64,000 nt of DNA from contig JARGGI010000001.1 of assembly GCA_029210775.1 (NCBI GenBank), forward strand, positions 16,493 to 80,492, in the 5' to 3' direction. Below the pieces are notes generated by a model. The model did no database searches. It had not been told where the DNA came from and was given only the letters and a program-made list of their open reading frames with translations. A program made the translations under genes and the position numbers. Source of the stretch: Patescibacteria group bacterium (GTDB lineage Bacteria > Patescibacteriota > Minisyncoccia > JAHIHE01 > JAGLIN01). Below are positions 44,814 through 54,622 of the stretch, one piece after another; the first letter of the stretch is position 1; every line of letters begins with the position of its first letter.

Positions 44814-44850
44814 TAAAAGAAAAACTAATTTATTAATCAACTTTGAATAA

Positions 44851-46455
44851 ATGAATCCGAATCTTTTTCGAAAATTGAAAAAATGGAGAGATGAAACGGC
44901 CAAAAAAGAAATGGTTGAGGGGTTTCGAGTTATCCCAAACAGGGCGATTGAGGATGTTGCAATTCTTGAACCAAAAACAAGAGAAGAGTTGACTAATATC
45001 AAAGGAATAAAAGATAAAAAATATTATAAATATGGAAAAGAAATAATTGATATTGTGAAAAGTGAATCAGAAAAAACACAAAACGAAAAGGATCAACCAT
45101 TTTTTCTACCCACCAGACGATCTAATAGAAATATTATCATTCCGCAAACGGAAAATTCTTCTTATGAAAAAATAAGACCATTTGTCCAGGATAATGATAA
45201 TAAAATTGAAAAAACGGATAAAATCTATTCTGTAAGTGAATTTCTTGATCGCTTGAATGAAAAGCTAATGTCTGAGGAAATGAGAGTGAAAGGTGAAATC
45301 ACAAGCGTTGACGAAAGAGAAAAGGTTATTTATTTTAGCTTGAAAGATAAAGAAGATGAAAGCGTTGTCAATTGCCTAATATTTCGATATCAATATGAAA
45401 TTTCAGGTATAAAACTTGAAATTGGAAATGAGATAATTGCAAATGGATATCCAGAAATTTATAAACCAACAGGAAGATTGAGTTTAAATGTAAACCTAAT
45501 TGAAATTGCTGGGCAAGGCGCTCTCAAAAAAGCTTATGACAAGCTTAGAGAACAATTTGAAAAAGAAGGCCTGTTTGCGTTGGAAAGAAAAAAACAATTA
45601 CCAAAACTCCCACAAACAATAGCGCTTATAACCTCATCGCAAGGAGCTGCAATTGGGGATTTCACAACAAATTTAGGAAATTACGGATTTAAGATTAAAT
45701 TCATTAACTCAAACGTAGAAGGAAAAAAAGCAATTTTTGATCTTATAAAAGCAATAAAACAAGTTAAAAGAATGAAAAACTTAGATGTTTTAGTGATAGT
45801 TCGAGGTGGTGGAAGCTTAGAAAGTCTGCAAGCGTTTAACAATGAAAAACTCGTTAGAGAGATAATTACTCTCAAAATTCCTATAATTTGCGGAATAGGT
45901 CACGAAAAAGATATTTCTCTTGTTTCTTTAGTTGCTGACAGCGCAGTTTCAACGCCTACCGCAGCAGCGCGAACCGTAAGAGATTCTTGGGATAGAGCAG
46001 TAGAAAAATTAAGTCACGATGAATCTATTATTATTAATTCATTTGAAAGACATTTGTATAAGTCAAAACAAAAAATTGAAACATTATCTTTTCACTTGAG
46101 TCATAAATTTGAAAATATTCTACAAAGATTTTCTGATATAAAAAATGATTTTGTAAACATATTAGATAATATAAAATATTCAATTGAAGGCTTAAAAGAA
46201 AAAATTGAAAATTACAAAAAATCAATCTTGTCTAATTATAATCAGGCTGTTTATAATGCAAAAGATAAAATTATTAATTTCGAGAATATAATTAATATTA
46301 ACAATCCAGAAAGACAATTAAAACTCGGCTATAGTATTGTTTCACTTGAAGGAAATATCATTAAAAGCATAGAACAGATAAAAAAGGGGGATACTCTTGA
46401 TATAAAAATTTCAGACGGCAACATCAAAACTGAAGTCAAAGATATAAAAAAATAA
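44851..46455 (+). CDS. xseA: exodeoxyribonuclease VII large subunit with N-terminal HRDC-like domain
   Basis: OB-fold (MRVKGEITSVDER..VIYFSLKD), IALITSSQGAAIGDF, IVRGGGSLESLQAFNNE, CGIGHEKDISL; N-term WRDETAKKEMVEGFRVIPNRAIEDVA HRDC-like. Confidence 0.85.
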   Translation: MNPNLFRKLKKWRDETAKKEMVEGFRVIPNRAIEDVAILEPKTREELTNIKGIKDKKYYKYGKEIIDIVKSESEKTQNEKDQPFFLPTRRSNRNIIIPQTENSSYEKIRPFVQDNDNKIEKTDKIYSVSEFLDRLNEKLMSEEMRVKGEITSVDEREKVIYFSLKDKEDESVVNCLIFRYQYEISGIKLEIGNEIIANGYPEIYKPTGRLSLNVNLIEIAGQGALKKAYDKLREQFEKEGLFALERKKQLPKLPQTIALITSSQGAAIGDFTTNLGNYGFKIKFINSNVEGKKAIFDLIKAIKQVKRMKNLDVLVIVRGGGSLESLQAFNNEKLVREIITLKIPIICGIGHEKDISLVSLVADSAVSTPTAAARTVRDSWDRAVEKLSHDESIIINSFERHLYKSKQKIETLSFHLSHKFENILQRFSDIKNDFVNILDNIKYSIEGLKEKIENYKKSILSNYNQAVYNAKDKIINFENIININNPERQLKLGYSIVSLEGNIIKSIEQIKKGDTLDIKISDGNIKTEVKDIKK

Positions 46456-46467
46456 TTTATTAAAAAT

Positions 46468-46674
46468 ATGGAAAAAATTAATCTAAGCGAATCACTTAAA
46501 AAACTTGAAAAAATTGTTGATTGGTTTGAGACTCAAGAAGAAATAGATATTGAAAAAGGTCTTGAAAAAGTAAAAGAAGGCGTAAAACTTATTAAATCAA
46601 GCAAAGAACGATTGAAAAATGTTGAGAACGAATTTGAGGAAGTGAAAAAAGAGATAGATAGTGCCCAAGAGTAA
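46468..46674 (+). CDS. xseB: exodeoxyribonuclease VII small subunit
   Basis: 68-aa helical protein LEKIVDWFE..EIDIEKGLE directly downstream of xseA. Confidence 0.8.
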   Translation: MEKINLSESLKKLEKIVDWFETQEEIDIEKGLEKVKEGVKLIKSSKERLKNVENEFEEVKKEIDSAQE

Positions 46675-46806
46675 CAAATAGTATTTTCAAATTTAAATTT
46701 AGTGTATAATGAAATTAGGTTGTAGCTGTTTATTTTTTTAGAATTATCAAGATGCGTTTGGTGTCCTTCTAAATTTATTTGATAAGCTTAAAGTAACTTA
46801 TATTTT

Positions 46807-47991
46807 ATGCCCAAATCTAAACAATTAAAATTCCCAAAAGACTTTCTATGGGGGTCTTCGGTTTCTTCTTATCAAGTTGAAGGTGGAAATGTAGAATGCG
46901 ACTGGTCTGAAAAATTTCCTGCAAAAACTGCTTGTAACTATTATATTAATTATGAACATTTTTTTGATTTAGCAAAAGAATTAAATCAAAATGTGCATAG
47001 GCTCTCCTTGTCTTGGCCAAGAATTCAGCCGATGGAAGGAAGATTTGAAAGAAAGCCAATTGAGCATTATCGAAAAATGTTATTAGCTTTAAAAGAAAGA
47101 AACATTAAGTCAATGGTCACGATCTGGCATTGGACACTTCCTCTGTGGATGTCTGAAAAAGGTGGTTGGGAAAATTCAAAATTTTCTGATTACTTTCAAC
47201 AATACACAAAATTTGTCGTTGAAGAATTAGATGATTTAGTAGATTTTTGGTTGACTACAAATGAACCTATGATTTACACTTCTCTTTCATATGTTTTAGG
47301 AAAATTCCCACCACAAAAAAATAATCTTCTCTTAGTTCCAAAAGTATTTTATAATTTTGTAAAAACCCACAAAAAAGCATATAACACTATACATGACATT
47401 AACAAAAATGCAAAAGTTGGTATTGCTCATAGTATTTCTTATGTGGATAACTTTAATCCGAAATCAATCTTAAATAGAACTGTATCAAAATCTTTCAATT
47501 TCTTTAAAAACTCTTTGTTTTTGGAACTTGTGAAAAATCATCAAGATTTTATTGGTGTCAATTATTATTTTCATGACAGAGTAAGACTTGATCCATTCTC
47601 TTTTCCTCCCATCAAAGTTCAAAATGAAAACAAAAGTGTCACCGATTTGGGGTGGGAAATATATCCAGAAGGTCTTTACAACATACTGTGTAATCTTAAA
47701 AAATATAATTTACCGATTTACATTACTGAAAATGGTCTTGCGGATAAAAAAGATAAAGAAAGATCAAAATTTATTAAACGACATTTACAATCTATTCATC
47801 GAGCAATTGAAAGTGGAGCAGATGTAAGAGGATATTTACACTGGTCTCTTATAGATAATTTTGAATGGACTGAAGGATATGGTCCAAGATTTGGTCTTGT
47901 GGAAATGGATTACAAAACAATGAAAACAAAAATTCGTCCAAGTGCGCTATATTATGCTGAGATTTGCAAAGAAAATCAATTGACAAATTAA
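46807..47991 (+). CDS. glycoside hydrolase family 1 (beta-glucosidase-like), compact 394 aa
   Basis: FLWGSSVSSYQVEGG, LTTNEP (acid/base), YITENG (nucleophile). Confidence 0.8.
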   Translation: MPKSKQLKFPKDFLWGSSVSSYQVEGGNVECDWSEKFPAKTACNYYINYEHFFDLAKELNQNVHRLSLSWPRIQPMEGRFERKPIEHYRKMLLALKERNIKSMVTIWHWTLPLWMSEKGGWENSKFSDYFQQYTKFVVEELDDLVDFWLTTNEPMIYTSLSYVLGKFPPQKNNLLLVPKVFYNFVKTHKKAYNTIHDINKNAKVGIAHSISYVDNFNPKSILNRTVSKSFNFFKNSLFLELVKNHQDFIGVNYYFHDRVRLDPFSFPPIKVQNENKSVTDLGWEIYPEGLYNILCNLKKYNLPIYITENGLADKKDKERSKFIKRHLQSIHRAIESGADVRGYLHWSLIDNFEWTEGYGPRFGLVEMDYKTMKTKIRPSALYYAEICKENQLTN

Positions 47992-48019
47992 TTATATTAT
48001 TTAATTTTAAAATATTTAT

Positions 48020-48919
48020 ATGATATCTTGGATTTTAATCACAATAATTGCACATTTTTTAAACGCTACTGTCTACATTATAGACAAACACATTGTATCA
48101 AACACGACCCTAAAGCCAGTGGCCTATACATTTTATTCGGGCGTTTTTCAAATATTATTTATCGCCCTCATTCCAATTATAGGATTTACAATGCCAAAAA
48201 CTGAATTTTTTATACTTGGAATTTTAAATGGAGCTTTATTCATTTTGGCACTCCTAATTTTCTACAAAGCCTTAAGACTAAGCGAAGCATCAAGAGTTAT
48301 TCCTGTTGTTGGAGCTACAATTCCAATTTTTACTGTCATTATATCTTATTTTATTTTGGGAGAGTTTTTGGCTGTTAAACAATTTTTAGCTTTTTCATTC
48401 TTTATTATTGGTGGTTTCTTATTATCTTCAAGATTAGATCACGGTCATTTCAAGATGATTAAAGGATTTTTATTGGCCACCGTTGCTGGTTTTCTTTTTG
48501 CCCTGTATTATACTTTGATAAAATATTTATATCTGCACTTGAGTTTTTTTGATGGATTTATTCTTTTTCAAATTGGTGGTTTTGTGGGAGCAATATTTTT
48601 GCTTGTTTCAAAGAATAATCGAGAGAAAATATTTTCAACACCCAAAACAATCAAAAAGGGGACAGCCTATTTATTTGTTCCAAATAAAATTCTTGCAGCT
48701 ACTGCGGCTATCATGATTTTTTACGCAATTTCAATTGAAGGCAGTACAGTTTCTATAATTAATTCCTTGCAATCAATTCAATATGTTTTTATATTATTTT
48801 TTGCAATAATACTCTCCAAAAAACTTCCTAATTTATACAAGGAACAAATAAATAAAAAAGTTATCATGCGAAAAATAATTGCTATGATAATAATTGGAAT
48901 CGGACTTTTCATAATTTAA
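48020..48919 (+). CDS. EamA/DMT-superfamily-like 10-TM transporter
   Basis: Two-repeat polytopic topology. Confidence 0.5.
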   Translation: MISWILITIIAHFLNATVYIIDKHIVSNTTLKPVAYTFYSGVFQILFIALIPIIGFTMPKTEFFILGILNGALFILALLIFYKALRLSEASRVIPVVGATIPIFTVIISYFILGEFLAVKQFLAFSFFIIGGFLLSSRLDHGHFKMIKGFLLATVAGFLFALYYTLIKYLYLHLSFFDGFILFQIGGFVGAIFLLVSKNNREKIFSTPKTIKKGTAYLFVPNKILAATAAIMIFYAISIEGSTVSIINSLQSIQYVFILFFAIILSKKLPNLYKEQINKKVIMRKIIAMIIIGIGLFII

Positions 48920-48939
48920 AATTAATTAATTTCAAAAAA

Positions 48940-49959
48940 GTGAAATTTTACAAGAAAATAATAAAAAAACACAAAAAAATTATATTATTACTTTCTATCT
49001 TAATTGGATTGGCTATTTTTTTTGCAATTCCAAAAAATGGCGGAAATGTAATTTATGGGGTTACTTTTTCAAAACCATTTGCAGAACATCTCGGATTGGA
49101 TTGGAAAGCAACCTATTTAGCGCTTTTAGATGATGCAGGAGTAAAAAGAGTTCGCCTGCCGTCATATTGGACAGAAATTGAATCGCAAAAAGGAGTCTAT
49201 AATTTTAAAGATCTGGACTGGCAAATTCAGGAAGCTCAAAAACGAGACGTGAAAATCATTTTGACTCTTGGACAAAAACAACCAAGGTGGCCCGAGTGCC
49301 ACATTCCAAAATGGGCTGAAGACTTAAATGAACACGAAAGACAAACAAAGCTTATTGATTTTATATCCAAAGTCGTAGAACGCTACAGAAATAGGGAAAA
49401 TATAATCAATTGGCAAATTGAAAATGAACCCTTTTTGCCTTTTGGAGAATGTCCAAAATTTAATAAAAACTTTTTTGACCGTGAAGTTGCACAAGTTCGT
49501 TTACTAGACAGCAGATCTCTTATAATTTCTGATAGTGGGGAACTTAGTACTTGGTATAGAGCGTCAAGCAGGGCTGATATCCTTGGAACAACTTTATATA
49601 GAATTGTTTGGAATGATACAGTTGGTTATGTACACTATCCCATCACATCAATTGCTTACAGATTAAAAGCGGCTATTATTATGCTTATGACAGGTGTCGA
49701 TAAAATTATTATAGTTGAATTACAAGCAGAGCCGTGGGGCCCTAAAATGATTATTGAAACACCACTCCATGAACAATATAAGTCAATGAGTCCAGAACAA
49801 TTTCAGAAAAATATTGAATTTGTAAAACATGTTGAATTTTCTGAAGCATATCTTTGGGGAGGGGAATGGTGGTATTGGCTCAAAACAGTCAAGGGTGATG
49901 ATCGAATTTGGAATCAAGCAAGAAAAGTTTTTTCCGAATCTGCAAAACTTGAGAAATAA
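48940..49959 (+). CDS. TIM-barrel glycoside hydrolase, clan GH-A (GH5-like)
   Basis: Signal anchor; WQIENEP acid/base motif; ELQAEPW. Confidence 0.55.
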   Translation: MKFYKKIIKKHKKIILLLSILIGLAIFFAIPKNGGNVIYGVTFSKPFAEHLGLDWKATYLALLDDAGVKRVRLPSYWTEIESQKGVYNFKDLDWQIQEAQKRDVKIILTLGQKQPRWPECHIPKWAEDLNEHERQTKLIDFISKVVERYRNRENIINWQIENEPFLPFGECPKFNKNFFDREVAQVRLLDSRSLIISDSGELSTWYRASSRADILGTTLYRIVWNDTVGYVHYPITSIAYRLKAAIIMLMTGVDKIIIVELQAEPWGPKMIIETPLHEQYKSMSPEQFQKNIEFVKHVEFSEAYLWGGEWWYWLKTVKGDDRIWNQARKVFSESAKLEK

Positions 49960-49997
49960 TAGTAAAGACAATTTAATTAAAAAAAATCAAATTATCT

Positions 49998-50918
49998 ATG
50001 ATAAATATATATAAAAAAACACTAAAGGACTCAGAGCTTAAAAACTTGAAGAACTTTGAAGAAGGAAGTTGGGTTTCTGTTGTCAATCCAAATATTGATG
50101 AAATTAAAATCCTTGAAAAGAAACTCGATTTAGATCTTACTATTGTTGAAGATGCGTTAGATGAAAATGAAATATCTCGAATTGAAAAAAATGGAGAAAA
50201 ATTTTATATAATTATTCGCTTTCCATTTCAAAGTGATTTAAATGCTATGACAATGCCCTTGTTAGTTGCTATTACAGAAGATCATATTGTAACGCTATGT
50301 AAAGAAAAAAATGAACTTATAGAAAATATTATAAGAAAAGGAAACTCATTTTACACAACACATAAGACAAATTTTATATTAAGAGTTATTTTGGAGGTAT
50401 TTAACAATTATGACTTACATCTTAATAAAATATTAAAAGACATAAAAATCAAAAAAATAAATTTGAATAAACTTGAAAATAAAGATATTTTGTTTCTTGT
50501 TCAAGAAGAAGAAACTTTAAATGATTTTATTTCTTCCCTTGTTCCTATTATAAATAATCTTGAGAGAGTTTTGAGTGGAAGATATATCCCAATATATGAA
50601 AAAGACAAAGATATGATTGAGGATTTGTTTATGGACAGCAAACAAACACTCGAAATATCAAAAACTGCACTTAAATCAATGAAGAATATACGAGAAGCCT
50701 ATTCAACAATTTTAACAAATGAACTTAATAAAATTATGAGAATTCTAACAGTCGCAACAATTATATTAACAGTACCAACAATAATTTCAAGTATATATGG
50801 AATGAACATATCATTGCCAATACAAAATAATTCTTCAGCTTTTCTAATTATAATTTTAATTATAATTTTATTTTCTTTATTATTTTTTATGATAATAAAG
50901 AAAAAAAAGTGGATGTAA
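49998..50918 (+). CDS. corA: CorA-family Mg2+/Co2+ transporter
   Basis: C-terminal two TM with YGMN motif (SIYGMNISLP). Confidence 0.85.
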   Translation: MINIYKKTLKDSELKNLKNFEEGSWVSVVNPNIDEIKILEKKLDLDLTIVEDALDENEISRIEKNGEKFYIIIRFPFQSDLNAMTMPLLVAITEDHIVTLCKEKNELIENIIRKGNSFYTTHKTNFILRVILEVFNNYDLHLNKILKDIKIKKINLNKLENKDILFLVQEEETLNDFISSLVPIINNLERVLSGRYIPIYEKDKDMIEDLFMDSKQTLEISKTALKSMKNIREAYSTILTNELNKIMRILTVATIILTVPTIISSIYGMNISLPIQNNSSAFLIIILIIILFSLLFFMIIKKKKWM

Positions 50919-50972
50919 TTAATTTTTCTTTATCATATAAAACATAAAATTTTAATAATTAAAGACAAAATT

Positions 50973-51287
50973 ATGATTATTACAACAACAGATAATATTT
51001 CTGGCAAAGAGATTATCGAGACAATTGGATTGACAAAAGGAAATACTGCCCGAGCAAGAAATGTTGGTCGCGATATTTTTGCTTTTGCAAAAAACATCGT
51101 TGGAGGGGAAGTTTTGGAATATACCAAACTCATTGCTGAATCAAGAAAGCAAGCAATAGACAGAATGAAGGAGGATGCAGAAAAAATGGGCGCAAATGCC
51201 ATTGTTGGTTTGAGGTTTTCAAGCACAACAATTAGCAGTGGTATTTCGGAAGTTTTAGTTTATGGAACAGCAGTAAAAATTAAATAA
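50973..51287 (+). CDS. YbjQ/UPF0145 family protein
   Basis: MIITTTDNISGKEI...GANAIVGLRFS. Confidence 0.75.
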   Translation: MIITTTDNISGKEIIETIGLTKGNTARARNVGRDIFAFAKNIVGGEVLEYTKLIAESRKQAIDRMKEDAEKMGANAIVGLRFSSTTISSGISEVLVYGTAVKIK

Positions 51288-51642
51288 ACAAAACCGTGGA
51301 AGAAAATCTAAATTTTTTTGTAAAATGTCTATTGCTAATATAATTAGCGCTATTTATGTTTTTTATATATGCGTTAATTATAAAATTTTTTGAAAGACTA
51401 AAAGAACCTAAAAACGATAAATATAAAAATCTCAAAAAATAATTCATTAAAAATCTAAATATTTATCTAATATTTCAAGCCTATATAGTGGTATATTTAT
51501 ATAATATAGTCACTATTGACTAAATGTTAGATTGCCTGTAAGATGAAGGTGTAACTTAAAAATAAATAAATAGCCTTCCAGGGGCTGTTTTAAAAAAATC
51601 AAATTTGTATACAATATTAATAAATACTTACAACTCAAAACT

Positions 51643-51837
51643 ATGAATATTATAAAAGAAATAAAAAAATATATTACAGAAGTAAAAAATGAAGCAAAGA
51701 AAGTCAGCTGGCCAAGTAAAAAAATAACAATAAAAGACTCTGTTATTGTTATCGGCATAAGCCTTGCAACTGCAGCATTTTTAGGCGGAGTAGATTATAT
51801 TCTAACTATAGTTATCGAAAAAGTTGTTGTAAATTAA
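51643..51837 (+). CDS. secE: preprotein translocase subunit SecE
   Basis: 64 aa, single C-terminal TM, precedes nusG. Confidence 0.8.
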   Translation: MNIIKEIKKYITEVKNEAKKVSWPSKKITIKDSVIVIGISLATAAFLGGVDYILTIVIEKVVVN

Positions 51838-51875
51838 GTTTAAAAAATATCCATTTTAATTATTAAGTAAAAAAT

Positions 51876-52421
51876 ATGCCAAAGCAAACAGCGGATTTTG
51901 GAAAAAATTGGTATGTCTTGCACACATATTCAGGTTATGAAGATAATGTTTGCAGAAACCTCAAACAAAGAATTGAATCCATGGGCATGGAAGAAAAAAT
52001 ATTTGATGTGCTTGTTCCAAAAGAAAAAAAGATAAAAATCAGAAACGGGAAAAGAAAAGTCATAGAAGAAAGAATTTTTCCAGGGTATGTAATGGTTGAG
52101 ATGATTGTAAATGATGACTCATGGTATGTTGTTCGAAATACTCCAAATGTTACTGGATTCGTTGGATCTGGTACAACACCAACTCCAATATCAGAAGAAG
52201 AAATGATTACACTAAAAAAAAGAATGGGAGTAAAAGAACCGAAATACAAGATTGATGTTTTGCAAGGCGATATGATAAAAATCATAGACGGACCATTCAA
52301 AGATTTCGACGGTAAAGTAGATGGAATTGATGAAGAAAAGGGCAAAGTCAAGATTTTAGTGCAAATGTTTGGACGCGAAACTCCACTTGAATTAGATTTT
52401 TTACAAATTAAAAAAATGTAA
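51876..52421 (+). CDS. nusG: transcription termination/antitermination factor NusG
   Basis: NWYVLHTYSGYE NGN domain, C-terminal KOW. Confidence 0.9.
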   Translation: MPKQTADFGKNWYVLHTYSGYEDNVCRNLKQRIESMGMEEKIFDVLVPKEKKIKIRNGKRKVIEERIFPGYVMVEMIVNDDSWYVVRNTPNVTGFVGSGTTPTPISEEEMITLKKRMGVKEPKYKIDVLQGDMIKIIDGPFKDFDGKVDGIDEEKGKVKILVQMFGRETPLELDFLQIKKM

Positions 52422-52449
52422 AGTAATTAAATTAATTTAAATTATCAGT

Positions 52450-52875
52450 ATGGCAAAAAAAATTCAAAAATTAGTTAAACTTCAAATACCAGCAGGAAAA
52501 GCAAATCCAGCTCCACCAATTGGACCTGCACTTGGTCAAGCTGGAATCAATATCCAAGAGTTCTGCACGAGATTTAACAATGAGTCAAAGGATCTTGGAA
52601 ATGACATTATTCCAGTTGAAATTTCTGTATATGAGGATAAATCCTATACATTTATAATGAAAACTCCTCCAGCATCAGCGCTTTTAAAAAAGGCTGCTGG
52701 TGTCCAAAAAGGATCAAAAGAACCACAAAAAGACAAGGTTGGGAAAGTAACAAAAGCACAACTCCAAGAAATTGCAGAATTGAAAATGAAAGATTTAAAT
52801 GCAAATACAGTTGAAGGTGCGATGAACATTATCGCAGGAACTGCAAGAAATATGGGAATTAAAATTGAAGAATAA
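52450..52875 (+). CDS. rplK: 50S ribosomal protein L11
   Basis: [23 protein letters not shown]. Confidence 0.95.
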   Translation: MAKKIQKLVKLQIPAGKANPAPPIGPALGQAGINIQEFCTRFNNESKDLGNDIIPVEISVYEDKSYTFIMKTPPASALLKKAAGVQKGSKEPQKDKVGKVTKAQLQEIAELKMKDLNANTVEGAMNIIAGTARNMGIKIEE

Positions 52876-52902
52876 TATATTTATTTTAAAAACATCTAAA
52901 CT

Positions 52903-53370
52903 ATGGAAGAAAAAAATATAATATCAAACAATTCAAAAAAACATAAAATTATTCTTTTGATTTTAGTTTTGCTTTCTTTATTTATTATTACTTTCGTCTT
53001 AAACTCTAACACGGCTTCCAAAGATGATTATGATAGTATTGATAAGGTTGAAAAATCAGATGAGAAAAAATTTTCTGTGACTTTAAGGATTGATAATGGA
53101 AAGGGAGATGAAAAAAAGGAATATGAGCTAAATGAAATTTCAAAGAAAACAACTGTATTTGACATTTTAAACAAAAATGTCACAATAAAATATAATAATG
53201 ATTATGATTACGGAGTTTTTATAGAAAGTATAGATGGAATAAATAACGGAGATGAAGGAAAATATTGGCAATATTATATCAATAATAAGCTTGGGGATGT
53301 TGCAGCTGACAAAAAAACGATGCAGGAAGGCGATATAGTTGAGTGGAGATTTGAAGAAGATTCGTTTTAG
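52903..53370 (+). CDS. hypothetical signal-anchored protein (155 aa) inserted between rplK and rplA
   Basis: ORF with N-terminal TM. Confidence 0.5.
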   Translation: MEEKNIISNNSKKHKIILLILVLLSLFIITFVLNSNTASKDDYDSIDKVEKSDEKKFSVTLRIDNGKGDEKKEYELNEISKKTTVFDILNKNVTIKYNNDYDYGVFIESIDGINNGDEGKYWQYYINNKLGDVAADKKTMQEGDIVEWRFEEDSF

Positions 53371-53390
53371 TTATATTTGTAATTATTGAA

Positions 53391-53494
53391 TGTCATTACG
53401 AAGGAGTTGCAACAACTGAAGCAATCCCAGAACTATGTGCAGAGAGTTTAATCACGAAATTACTTCATCGCCCTGTAGGACTCTTCGCAATAAC
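53391..53494. repeat. MITE (TGTCATT family) copy between rplK and rplA region
   Basis: TGTCATTACGAAGGAGTTGCAACAACTGAAGCAATCCC...AATCACGAAATTAC...CTCTTCGCAATAACAG, same orientation as 41530-41640 unit. Confidence 0.75.
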
Positions 53495-53511
53495 AGTAAA
53501 GCTCAAAAAAT

Positions 53512-54072
53512 ATGAACAAATTAAAATTTATTTCAGCAATAATACTAATTCTTATTGGAATAGCGGGAAGATTTTTCTTGGTAAGTTATGCTGGAATTCC
53601 TAATTTTGAGATAATAACAGCAATAGCTTTGATTTCAGGAATATATTTAGGAGGCGTTTATGCCATTGTCATTCCTCTTTCAATAATTTTTTTGAGCGAT
53701 TTGGTAATTGGAAATACATATATTTTTATTTTTACATGGACAGCGTTTGCGTTGATTGGATTGTTTGGATTTTTGTTTAAAAACAAACTGAAAAAGAAAC
53801 TTCTTTTTAATTCTATTTTAATAGGAATTACTTCTTCTGTATTTTTTTATCTTTATACTAATTTTGGTTGGTGGCTTATGTCTGGAATGTATGAATATAG
53901 CTTATCAGGACTTATACGATGTTATTGGATGGCAATTTTGTTTTTTAGAAATAATTTAGTCGGAAATTTGATTTTTGTACCGTTAGGAATTTATACTGCA
54001 TCAAAAGTATTTAACTATTCCCAAAAAAGATGCTATTATTTTTCTGCCAACAAAAATGAGAGGACTTTATAA
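53512..54072 (+). CDS. hypothetical polytopic membrane protein (186 aa)
   Basis: ORF, 5-6 hydrophobic helices. Confidence 0.5.
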   Translation: MNKLKFISAIILILIGIAGRFFLVSYAGIPNFEIITAIALISGIYLGGVYAIVIPLSIIFLSDLVIGNTYIFIFTWTAFALIGLFGFLFKNKLKKKLLFNSILIGITSSVFFYLYTNFGWWLMSGMYEYSLSGLIRCYWMAILFFRNNLVGNLIFVPLGIYTASKVFNYSQKRCYYFSANKNERTL

Positions 54073-54553
54073 AATTGAAGATATAATAAGAAGATATAAA
54101 AATCATCCAGATGAGTTAAACTTGATGATTGATGAAAAAAAAATAGGAATAATAAACAAAAACAGAACTAAGAGAGAGAAAGAATTGCTGAAATGTGACT
54201 TAAAAATACTTAAGAAAGCTCTTAAAGAAATAAATAAATTGATAATCAGAGAAATAATTTCAAAAGTCACGCCAGCTATCATAAGTTTATTTTTTATTGT
54301 TAATGAAATTCTTTATATTAAAAACAATATCAATCTTATTCAACAAGATGTTTATTTGCACAATGTTCTTTCAGTTATTGTTTTACTAAAAATGGTTATT
54401 ATTTTTTTTGTTTTACCTTTATTTTTATTTGAAAAATCAGTTAATCATTTTCTCAGATTAGACTCGCAATTTTTTCCAATTAGTTTTTTTTATAATTCTC
54501 TATATTTTTTAATATTTCTTATAGTTACAATCAAAGTTTTTGAATATATCTAA
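54056..54553 (+). CDS. hypothetical membrane protein (165 aa)
   Basis: ORF overlapping previous by 17 nt; C-terminal TM helices. Confidence 0.4.
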   Translation: MRGLYKIEDIIRRYKNHPDELNLMIDEKKIGIINKNRTKREKELLKCDLKILKKALKEINKLIIREIISKVTPAIISLFFIVNEILYIKNNINLIQQDVYLHNVLSVIVLLKMVIIFFVLPLFLFEKSVNHFLRLDSQFFPISFFYNSLYFLIFLIVTIKVFEYI

Positions 54554-54622
54554 ATTAATAATTTAACAACTAACCGTGGGAGCGTTAAAATTTAATGCGC
54601 TTGAACCACAAAGGAAAAAACA

